Shown here: piece after piece, positions 35,175 to 42,616 of the stretch
Layout: each line of letters begins with the position of its first letter
How positions within the stretch are numbered: position 1 is the stretch's first letter
NCBI GenBank assembly: GCA_001873435.1
Contig: MNZB01000001.1
Coordinates: forward strand, 81,573 to 126,311
Direction: 5' to 3'
Source of the DNA: Candidatus Pacebacteria bacterium CG2_30_36_39
Lineage (GTDB): Bacteria > Patescibacteriota > Microgenomatia > UBA1400 > PJMF01
DNA length: 44,739 nt
The notes under the pieces: model-generated
What the model was told of the DNA's origin: nothing
The model's input: the letters and a program-made list of their open reading frames with translations, nothing else
Databases searched by the model: none
Translations under genes and position numbers: made by a program

Positions 35175-35183
35175 ATTATATCA
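35175..35183 (-). promoter_or_regulatory. Extended -10 promoter element TGATATAAT
   Basis: Exact TGnTATAAT on the minus strand, 46 nt downstream of the stop of the 226-aa gene and about 155 nt upstream of ATG 35019. Confidence 0.5.
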
Positions 35184-35228
35184 GAAAGTATCAAATAAGA
35201 TATAAATATGGGATAGTAAAAAACCAAT

Positions 35229-35909
35229 CTATTCTGTTGCTGGTTTTGGTAATACCACTTCAATATATTGGCTAGTGTGACTAGTGGGGTAAGGGGCTTT
35301 CATAGAGATATAGATGTCCCCCACTGTTCCTTTGATGGCGGAGGCCGGATTATATTTTAGCAAGCCAATGGTTACGTCTGGTGGAATGGCATAGTCTTTT
35401 TGGGAGATAGAGATAAAGCTAGGAAAGCCTCCGCCTGCATAGGCAAATTTGACTTGGTTGTGGGTCATAAGAACTTCAACATCACCATGGTCACTGATTC
35501 TGGCACCCAAGATTTCTAGGTCAAATTCACGGAGTTGGTTGAGGGTTTGGCTGTGGTCATTAATCCATTCGCCTCTGGCGGCGTTCATGATTTTTTCGTT
35601 GGTCAAAAAGTCTGGGTAGTCAACAAAGGTTTCGGAGCTAATAAAGTCAATGATTTCTTGTTGAATGCCCTCTGCTTCATTAGATGCCCAGTCGATTAGT
35701 TGTTGGTAGACAATGACCCTGAGAGTGTGAAGGGCTTCGTCTTGGTCTAGGAGAGTGCTTTGTTCTGGGGTTAGATATCCTTGGTTGGCAATGGCATAGG
35801 CCTCTTCTTCTGTGAGGGTGTCTACTCTTTTTAGTTTTTGGGGGTCAGTGACGAACTGTTTGATGCGTTCGAGTAAATAGGTTGGTACTGGGTTTTCTGA
35901 ACTAGGCAT
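35229..35909 (-). CDS. Hypothetical protein (226 aa), no recognised family
   Basis: SD AAGAGG lies 5 nt upstream of the ATG. Soluble. Carries the 'QVKFAYAGGGFPSFISI' motif shared with the 124-aa protein. Confidence 0.6.
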   Translation of the reverse strand: MPSSENPVPTYLLERIKQFVTDPQKLKRVDTLTEEEAYAIANQGYLTPEQSTLLDQDEALHTLRVIVYQQLIDWASNEAEGIQQEIIDFISSETFVDYPDFLTNEKIMNAARGEWINDHSQTLNQLREFDLEILGARISDHGDVEVLMTHNQVKFAYAGGGFPSFISISQKDYAIPPDVTIGLLKYNPASAIKGTVGDIYISMKAPYPTSHTSQYIEVVLPKPATE

Positions 35910-36031
35910 GAAACCTCTTTCTGTATGTCCTTGTTAACCTGATAGCTTTGCATCATATTTGATCTATTTTGTTTTGTCAAAATGGATTAGTGACTATTTA
36001 GTCCGTTCTTCTCTGCTACAATAATTTTGTT

Positions 36032-37003
36032 ATGACTGACCGCTTTAATGGTAAAAAAGTTTTAGTGACTGGTGCTGCCGGTTTTCTTGGTTCTCATTTG
36101 GTAGAGACCATTCTTAATGAGGGTGGTTTGGTGATGGGAGTAGATAATTTTTTGACTGGTAACGCTGATAATTTGGCTGAGATAGAGTCAGAGAACTTTG
36201 CTTTTGTAGAGGCAGATGTGATTCAACCGGCTGGTAACTATTTGCAGGGCGAGGTCTTTGATTATATTTTTCATTTTGCTTCACCCGCTTCCCCACCTTG
36301 GTACCAGAAATATCCAAGAGAAACTTATTTAGTTAATACGGTGGCTACAGATAATCTATTGCAGTATATGCAAGCTACTAATCCTTTGGGTACTTTTGTT
36401 TTTGCTGGTACCTCTGAGGCCTATGGTGATCCATTGGAACATCCACAGAGAGAGACGTATTGGGGTAATGTTAATCCGAATGGTGTTAGGTCTTGTTATG
36501 ATGAGTCAAAGAGATTGGGTGAAACCATTTGTGGGGTGTTTAATCGGGATTTTCAGCTTGATACGAGAATAGTGCGGATCTTCAATACTTATGGCCCAAG
36601 GATTGGCGCTGATGATGGTAGGGTGATTCCTAGTTTTATTATGTCTGCTCTTAAAAATGAGCCGATGACGGTGTTTGGGGATGGTTCTCAAACCCGTTCC
36701 TATTGTTATGTGAGTGATTTAGTTGAGGGTATTCTTAGGTTGGCTACTAATCCTAGTGCTAGAGGTGAGACGGTTAATATTGGTAATCCTGGTGAGTTTA
36801 CGGTGAAGGATACTGCCGAGATTATTTGGCGAGCTGTTTATGAGGAGTCTTCGGTTGCTAAGATAGAGTTTAGGCAGTTGCCTGGAGATGATCCTACTCG
36901 TAGGAAGCCAGATATTAGTAAGGCCCAACAATTGCTTCAATGGGAGCCTCAAGTGAGTTTTGAGGAGGGGTTGAGGAAGACGGTGGCTTGGTTTGCTAAG
37001 TAA
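36032..37003 (+). CDS. uxs: UDP-glucuronate decarboxylase (UDP-xylose synthase), extended SDR
   Basis: 'VLVTGAAGFLGSHL', catalytic 'YDESKR', and 'RIFNTYGPRIGADDGRVIPSFIMSALKNEPMTVFGDGSQTRSYCYVSDLVEG', which closely follows the UXS pattern. Confidence 0.85.
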   Translation: MTDRFNGKKVLVTGAAGFLGSHLVETILNEGGLVMGVDNFLTGNADNLAEIESENFAFVEADVIQPAGNYLQGEVFDYIFHFASPASPPWYQKYPRETYLVNTVATDNLLQYMQATNPLGTFVFAGTSEAYGDPLEHPQRETYWGNVNPNGVRSCYDESKRLGETICGVFNRDFQLDTRIVRIFNTYGPRIGADDGRVIPSFIMSALKNEPMTVFGDGSQTRSYCYVSDLVEGILRLATNPSARGETVNIGNPGEFTVKDTAEIIWRAVYEESSVAKIEFRQLPGDDPTRRKPDISKAQQLLQWEPQVSFEEGLRKTVAWFAK

Positions 37004-37026
37004 TTCTCCTGTTGTATAATTTTGGT

Positions 37027-37245
37027 ATGGCAGAGCAAAGAGATAAAAAATTTTGGCAGATGGAACGTATTTTCCGACGTAGTGTGAGAAGAGAGAGTCC
37101 TGATCAATTTCAAGAGACCTATGCTTTGGCAGAGATAACAGATCGCTTGATGGTTCATATGTCTTTGAGGGAGGCGATTAATGTTTTGTCTCGTTGGGCT
37201 TGGTGGCGTGCTGGTGATGATCCAGCTGATGCTGATGTGGAGTAG
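37027..37245 (+). CDS. Small hypothetical protein (72 aa), possibly leaderless
   Basis: TATAAT (37015-37020) lies 6 nt upstream of ATG 37027, with no SD. Charged, helical-looking sequence 'MAEQRDKKFWQMERIFRRSVRR...'. No homology recognised. Confidence 0.35.
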   Translation: MAEQRDKKFWQMERIFRRSVRRESPDQFQETYALAEITDRLMVHMSLREAINVLSRWAWWRAGDDPADADVE

Positions 37246-37254
37246 TTAGTAAGT

Positions 37255-37638
37255 TTATCTTCTTCCTCCACCAAATCTGTTTCCCCTACTATCTCGGTTT
37301 GTTTTAAGATGTTTTTTCTTGGTTTTGCTATGGTCAGAGAGATTGGGTTTTTCTTCAAATTCTATTCCGCTAAAGTCTGTGGTGCCTAGGATGTCAACGA
37401 TGATTTTGCTGTGGGGCTTAAATTTTTCATGTCCCAGTAGTCCGGCTAAGAATCTTTGGACGTCTCCTAGGGTGAATGGTCTTCTGCCTTGTGATTCGTA
37501 GCCAAGAAAGACCTGGCCCATGAAGCCGTTGAGTGGTCCGTCTTCTTGGACATAGGCTTCCATAATATTTGATCCTAGGTCGTCTCGCAGGTTGATTTCT
37601 GCGTTTAGGGCTCTGGGTATTTTGATTTTTTCACTCAT
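37255..37638 (-). CDS. Uncharacterised protein with an RGG/Lys-rich C-terminal tail (paralog A)
   Basis: Shares the 'IKIP...I.LR.DDLG.N..EA.....PLNGFM.QVFLGYESQGR.PFT..D.Q.F' core with the upstream gene. The tail reads 'KTKKKHLKTNRDSRGNRFGGGRR'. Confidence 0.7.
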   Translation of the reverse strand: MSEKIKIPRALNAEINLRDDLGSNIMEAYVQEDGPLNGFMGQVFLGYESQGRRPFTLGDVQRFLAGLLGHEKFKPHSKIIVDILGTTDFSGIEFEEKPNLSDHSKTKKKHLKTNRDSRGNRFGGGRR

Positions 37639-37640
37639 GA

Positions 37641-38099
37641 TTAGGTTGTTTTTCTTTTTTCTTTTCTTTGGTTTTTTCTGTTTTTTTCTAGTTCTTTTTT
37701 TGCTTGGTGGCTAAGCTTTGGTTTTTTGAGGCGTGCATGTTTCTTTGGTTGGTAAGCTATTGTTTCCTTCCCGTTCTTTTTTTCTGGTATAGGAATTTCT
37801 AGGTCGTTGGTTTTGACAAAGGATAAATCAGTAAAGGTGGTGGTGCCAAAGAGGTCAATGATGATGATGGCGAATGGTTCGAATTTGCGGTGGGTGGCAA
37901 GGAGGAAGATGAAGTTTTGGATGTCTTCTTGGGTAAAGGGGGTTCTGCCTTGTGATTCGTAGCCTAGGAAGACTTGGGCCATGAAGCCGTTGAGGGGGTC
38001 GATGCCATTTTTCCGTGCTTCTAGGACGTTGGCACCTAGGTCGTCGTGGATACGAAGATCTATTTCCATGTCAGGAGGGATTTTAATTATTTCAACCAA
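37641..38099 (-). CDS. Uncharacterised protein with a Lys/Arg-rich C-terminal tail (paralog B)
   Basis: The TTG start is supported by alignment of its N-terminus with paralog A. The tail reads 'KKHARLKKPKLSHQAKKELEKNRKNQRKEKRKTT'. A 2-nt gap separates it from paralog A. Confidence 0.7.
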   Translation of the reverse strand: MVEIIKIPPDMEIDLRIHDDLGANVLEARKNGIDPLNGFMAQVFLGYESQGRTPFTQEDIQNFIFLLATHRKFEPFAIIIIDLFGTTTFTDLSFVKTNDLEIPIPEKKNGKETIAYQPKKHARLKKPKLSHQAKKELEKNRKNQRKEKRKTT

Positions 38100-38183
38100 A
38101 GCCTGTTCTTTCTGTTGATTGATGCAAGGATAATATAAGCATGTTGGGGGTGTTGCTTACAACTAGCACTTTGTGGGTCAAAT

Positions 38184-39461
38184 CTATGATTTATTTTTAA
38201 GTTGTTTTTTGTAAACAATGATTCCTATTAGTGCTGTGAAGATTAGTAAGAAAAGTCTTGTGAAAAATCTTGTCCAAGCGGCTGCTTCCAAGCCCATTTG
38301 TGGTACGTAGAAAATATTGCCAATTAAGACAATTGCTAGTTGTAGGATGCCACTGATGGAAAAATACCAGTCTGCTTCTAGAGCATAGAACAGAGCAATA
38401 AAGGGGATTGCTGCTAAAGCAAAGAAGGAGCTTGCCATTAAAATTAATAGAATGTTTTGGGCTGCTAGGTATTCATTGCCAATTGTTAGTAAAATAACTG
38501 GTTTGATTAATGGAATGAAAATAATAAAGCTGATTAAGATTAAGCCTGAGAGTATTAGGGCTTTTTTTAGGTATTTAGCGAGGTGATCTTGAGATTTGTA
38601 TCTAGCTACTCTAGCGTTTAGGACGTTTCCTAGTGAATAGGCAATGATAGCAAAAAATAGGGCTACTCTGCTTACTCCTCCGTATAGGCCAGTTTCATAG
38701 GTTGAGAGATTTTTTTGAACGAAGAGGATGTCTATGTTTTCAATGATGCCAGCAGAAATTAGTCCTATGCTTGCATGACGAGCTAAAAGTAAGATCTTTT
38801 TTTGTAATATTGGTTGTTTTTGTTTTAAGTTGATTTTGGTTGTTTTTGGTACTAGCCAGTAGAAAAAAAAGAATGGAATGAATGGAGCAAAGATATACCA
38901 GAAATATGGTGGGATTAGGTTATGAGTACCTAACCACAATAGGGTTATGGCTGCGATTAGTTTGGTTATTGCTTGGATTGCATTTGCTAAGACTGTTTTA
39001 CCAAAGAGATGTTGAGATTGGAGGATAGCAACTAGGTATTCGTAATAGCCAGTGGCTAGGCCAAAGGTGAAGCTTATTAATATTATCAGTGGTTCTTTAA
39101 GGTTTAGTAATGTTGCGATGTTTTTATATGATAGGATGCCAATTATTATTAAGATGGTGGTAATGATTAGTTTGAGTTTGAGGGTGTAGCTGTAGATGAA
39201 ATTTTTGTTGTTGTTTTCTTTTGTTTCTCCGGCATATTTGACGATGGCGGTGTTGAGGCCAAGGTCTATGATTCTTGTGAGTATTAAGACTATGGCAAAG
39301 CCTACGCTGAATTCTCCGTATTTTTCTGGTCCTATGATGCGGATAAATAGAATAATAGCTATGGCTGATAGTGCTGTGCCCATGAGGTTACCAATTATGG
39401 TAAAAAGGGATTGACGTATACCAATTGATTTAAATTTTTCATAAATGGTTAAAATTTTCAC
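38184..39461 (-). CDS. Wzx-like oligosaccharide/polysaccharide flippase (MOP superfamily)
   Basis: About 12 TM helices over 425 aa, with the typical Wzx N-terminus 'IGIRQSLFTIIGNLMGTALSAI'. GTG start. Confidence 0.7.
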   Translation of the reverse strand: MKILTIYEKFKSIGIRQSLFTIIGNLMGTALSAIAIILFIRIIGPEKYGEFSVGFAIVLILTRIIDLGLNTAIVKYAGETKENNNKNFIYSYTLKLKLIITTILIIIGILSYKNIATLLNLKEPLIILISFTFGLATGYYEYLVAILQSQHLFGKTVLANAIQAITKLIAAITLLWLGTHNLIPPYFWYIFAPFIPFFFFYWLVPKTTKINLKQKQPILQKKILLLARHASIGLISAGIIENIDILFVQKNLSTYETGLYGGVSRVALFFAIIAYSLGNVLNARVARYKSQDHLAKYLKKALILSGLILISFIIFIPLIKPVILLTIGNEYLAAQNILLILMASSFFALAAIPFIALFYALEADWYFSISGILQLAIVLIGNIFYVPQMGLEAAAWTRFFTRLFLLIFTALIGIIVYKKQLKNKS

Positions 39462-39468
39462 AATTTAA

Positions 39469-40413
39469 ATGATATCATTAAAAGCAATGAAATTAGTTAT
39501 TATAATTCCGTGTTTTAATGAAGAAAAAACATTAGATCTTGTTGTTAATTCAATTCCTAATAAGATCGAAGGAATATCAAAAATTGAAATAGTAATTATT
39601 GACGATGGCTCTACAGATAAGACTATTGATGTAGCTAAAAAATTGGGAGTTAATTATATAATTTCTAACACCCTTAATAAGGGACTGGCTAGATCTTTTG
39701 AAATCGGCCTAAATAAAGCTTTAAGTTTAGATGCTGATATTATTGTTAATACTGATGGAGATAACCAATATCCTCAACAAAATATTCCAGATTTAATCAA
39801 GCCGATATTGGAAAATAAAGCAGATATTGTTGTTGCGAATAGACAAACCAACAAAATTAAACATTTCTCTTTTATTAAAAAACTTTTTCAATTTTTGGGA
39901 AGTTCTGTTGTAAGATATTTATCAGGAGTTCAAATTCCAGATGCTGTTTCTGGATTTAGAGCATATTCAAGAGATGCCGCTAAACAACTAAATATTGTTA
40001 CAGAGTTTTCTTATGCAATAGAAACATTGATTCAAGCTGGGAAAAAAAAACTATCAGTTAAATCAATAGATATTCAAACTAATTCTAAGACAAGAGAATC
40101 AAGATTATTTAAAAATATGTGGCAACATATTAAGCGCTCTGGATCCACAATTGTTAGAGTTTTTGCAATGTATGAACCGTTTAAAACTTTTTTCTTTATT
40201 TCTAATCTTTTTTTTGCACCAGGATTTTTATTAGGACTTAGATTTATCTATTTTTATTTGCTCGAAGGATCTACTTCTGGACATATTCAATCTTTAATTT
40301 TAATGGCAGTTTTATTAATTGTTGGGTTTCAAGTATTTTTAATTGGTTTGCTAGCTGATTTAATAGCCAATAACCGAAAATTAATAGAAAAAATTTTAAG
40401 AGACAGAAAATAA
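39469..40413 (+). CDS. GT2 polyprenyl-phosphate glycosyltransferase (DPM1/GtrB/ArnC-like) with two C-terminal TM helices
   Basis: 'VIIIPCFNEEKTL', 'VIIDDGSTDKT' and 'NTDGDNQY' (DxD), with a C-terminal hydrophobic pair. The start could instead be ATG 39487. Confidence 0.8.
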   Translation: MISLKAMKLVIIIPCFNEEKTLDLVVNSIPNKIEGISKIEIVIIDDGSTDKTIDVAKKLGVNYIISNTLNKGLARSFEIGLNKALSLDADIIVNTDGDNQYPQQNIPDLIKPILENKADIVVANRQTNKIKHFSFIKKLFQFLGSSVVRYLSGVQIPDAVSGFRAYSRDAAKQLNIVTEFSYAIETLIQAGKKKLSVKSIDIQTNSKTRESRLFKNMWQHIKRSGSTIVRVFAMYEPFKTFFFISNLFFAPGFLLGLRFIYFYLLEGSTSGHIQSLILMAVLLIVGFQVFLIGLLADLIANNRKLIEKILRDRK

Positions 40414-41486
40414 TGAAAATAGCTTTAGTGTTAGGAACTAGGCCAGAAATAATAAAGATGTCTCCAATCATTAGATTTTTGGAGAAAAATAAAAATGAAT
40501 ATTTCATAATTCACACGAATCAACATTATTCCAAAAATTTAGATGAGGTTTTTTTTAAAGAGCTAGAACTTCCAAAAGTTAAATACAATTTAAATGTTGG
40601 TTCTGGCTTGCATGGAGAGCAAACAGCAAGAATGATGGTTAGAATTGAAGAAATTTTTCTAAAGGAAAAACCAAATAAGATTTTAGTTCAAGGAGATACA
40701 AATACTGTTTTGTCCGCTTCTATAGTTGCTTCAAAATTAAAAATAGACTTAGGACATATTGAGGCAGGACTTAGAAGTGGTGATAAAAATATGCCTGAAG
40801 AAATTAATAGAATTGTTGCTGACCATTGTTCCACATATTTGTTTACTCCTACTGAAAATTCAAGTAAAAATTTATTGAATGAAAATATAAAACAAAAAAA
40901 TATTTATATGGTTGGCAATACTATTGTTGATGCAATTCAGCAGAATCTGAAAATTGCTCAAAAAAAATCAGACATTATTAAAAAACTAAATCTGCAAGAA
41001 AAAAATTATATATTAGTAACCACTCATAGAGCAGAAAACGTTGATAACAAAAATAGACTTAAAAGAATTTTTAAGGGATTGGGTATGTTGCAAAAAAAAT
41101 TTAGTATTCCTGTTATTATTCCCCTTCACCCTAGAACATTGTCTCGGATAAAAGAATTTAAAATATCAATTCCAAAAACACTAAAAATAATAGAACCATT
41201 GGGCTATATGGATTTTTTAGTTCTTGAGTCAAAAACAAGACTTATCGCCACAGATTCTGGTGGTATACAAGAAGAAGCTTGTATTTTACATGTTCCCTGT
41301 ATAACAATGAGAGACACGACTGAAAGGCCGGAAACAATAGCGGTTGGAGGAAATGTTCTAGTGGGGTGGGATGAAGATAAGATTTTAAAATATGGTATAA
41401 AAATGTCTAAAATTGATAAAGTTTGGCCAAATCCTTTTGGAAATGGTAATTCTTCAGAGTTAATAATAGAAAACTTGTCCAAATAA
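40413..41486 (+). CDS. wecB: UDP-N-acetylglucosamine 2-epimerase (non-hydrolysing)
   Basis: 'MKIALVLGTRPEIIKMSPII', 'VQGDTNTVL', 'HIEAGLRS', 'EEINR' and 'TDSGGIQEEA'. Confidence 0.9.
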   Translation: MKIALVLGTRPEIIKMSPIIRFLEKNKNEYFIIHTNQHYSKNLDEVFFKELELPKVKYNLNVGSGLHGEQTARMMVRIEEIFLKEKPNKILVQGDTNTVLSASIVASKLKIDLGHIEAGLRSGDKNMPEEINRIVADHCSTYLFTPTENSSKNLLNENIKQKNIYMVGNTIVDAIQQNLKIAQKKSDIIKKLNLQEKNYILVTTHRAENVDNKNRLKRIFKGLGMLQKKFSIPVIIPLHPRTLSRIKEFKISIPKTLKIIEPLGYMDFLVLESKTRLIATDSGGIQEEACILHVPCITMRDTTERPETIAVGGNVLVGWDEDKILKYGIKMSKIDKVWPNPFGNGNSSELIIENLSK

Positions 41487-41489
41487 ATT

Positions 41490-42611
41490 ATGACAAAAAA
41501 AATAACGATTGTCAGTCATGACATGCTATGGCCTTTTAAGGGAGGTGGTGCTGTCAGAATTATTTGGATTGTTAAAACTCTTCTTGAAAAGGGCTACAAT
41601 ATTAGCTTGATAGCTCCAATTCTTAATGAAAATGAATTTATTAATCATTTTAAATTAAAAAAAACATTAAAAATTTATAATCTTGGAAATATTCATCGTT
41701 TTCAAAAAGGAAAAGAATTTTTGTATATAAAACTAGGTTTTAAAATTTTTATAAATTTGTTGAAAGTAGATTCAAATATTGTTTATGCTCATAACATAGT
41801 TTCTGCTTTTCCATCATTTATTTTTACTAGAATCAAAAAAATTGACTTAGTTTATGACATCGACGACATAACAATGGGTCTTTCTAAATTTAAATTAATT
41901 AAAAAATATGGTCCTTTAATTGAATATTATGTGGCCAAGAAATCAGAAAAACTGATAACTATGTCAAAAAGTTTGGCAAATTTTCTCATTAACAAAGGAG
42001 TAAAAAATAAATTTTTAATTGCTCCTCATGGCGTTGATTTTAAAATTTTTAATAATCAACATCAAAAAAGAAAAAACTGGATACTTTATATGGGTGGTAT
42101 GGAAAGTCACGATGGAGTTGATTTAATTCCAAGTGCAGCAAAAATTGTATTAAAAAACTATCCTGACTATAAATTTGTTTTTGTTGGCGATGGTTCACAA
42201 CTAGAAAAATTAAAACATGAAGTAAAAAAATATGGATTAGAAAAGAGCTTTATTTTTTATTCATGGGTTAACCAAGATAAACTTGCTGAAATTGTTAATA
42301 AAGCAAAAATTGGATTAGTAACACATCATTATAGTTTGGCTTGTGATATCGCCTTGGTTCTCAAAGGCCTAGAGTATATGGCCTGTGGTTTAGCTGTTAT
42401 TGCGCCAAACTTAAAAGGAATGGTTGAAGAAATTGGTGAGAATAATCAAAGAGGGCTGATTTTTGAAACAAGCAATTATGAAGATTTGTCTGAAAAGATA
42501 AATTTGGTCATAAAAAATTATAAAGAAAATGATGTCGGTGAAAAATTTGTAAGAAGAAACCATGATTGGATGGTTATTTCTAAAAAAATTAGTAATTATA
42601 TTTTAAGTTGA
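41490..42611 (+). CDS. Glycosyltransferase, GT-B fold (GT4-like)
   Basis: 'ITIVSHDMLWPFKGGGAVR' at the N-terminus and 'VLKGLEYMACGLAVIAP' in the C-terminal donor-binding region. More divergent than the other GT4 genes. Confidence 0.7.
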   Translation: MTKKITIVSHDMLWPFKGGGAVRIIWIVKTLLEKGYNISLIAPILNENEFINHFKLKKTLKIYNLGNIHRFQKGKEFLYIKLGFKIFINLLKVDSNIVYAHNIVSAFPSFIFTRIKKIDLVYDIDDITMGLSKFKLIKKYGPLIEYYVAKKSEKLITMSKSLANFLINKGVKNKFLIAPHGVDFKIFNNQHQKRKNWILYMGGMESHDGVDLIPSAAKIVLKNYPDYKFVFVGDGSQLEKLKHEVKKYGLEKSFIFYSWVNQDKLAEIVNKAKIGLVTHHYSLACDIALVLKGLEYMACGLAVIAPNLKGMVEEIGENNQRGLIFETSNYEDLSEKINLVIKNYKENDVGEKFVRRNHDWMVISKKISNYILS

Positions 42612-42616
42612 TATTT

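Noticed and set aside
34236-35183. Fluoride riboswitch plus tandem CrcB/Fluc genes, guanidine riboswitch plus SMR exporters, or preQ1/ZTP riboswitch classes, as the identity of the leader and small-TM pair.
   Set aside because: The proteins lack the Fluc 'GG.TTFSTF' motif and the SMR TM1 Glu signature. The leader lacks the crcB-motif core, ACGR tetraloops and the conserved cores of the ykkC, preQ1-I and ZTP classes, as far as I can judge by eye.
36114-37158. Four minus-strand ORFs (61-77 aa) antisense to uxs.
   Set aside because: They overlap a strongly supported UDP-xylose synthase CDS. Their compositions are unusual (Pro/Ser/Asn/Arg-rich) and they have no SDs, so they are typical shadow ORFs.
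37482-37994. The near-identical ~60-nt tracts 461 nt apart, read as terminal repeats of a mobile element.
   Set aside because: They are in the same orientation and in frame within two paralogous genes, and they encode the conserved FLGYESQGR core. Tandem duplication with gene conversion explains them.
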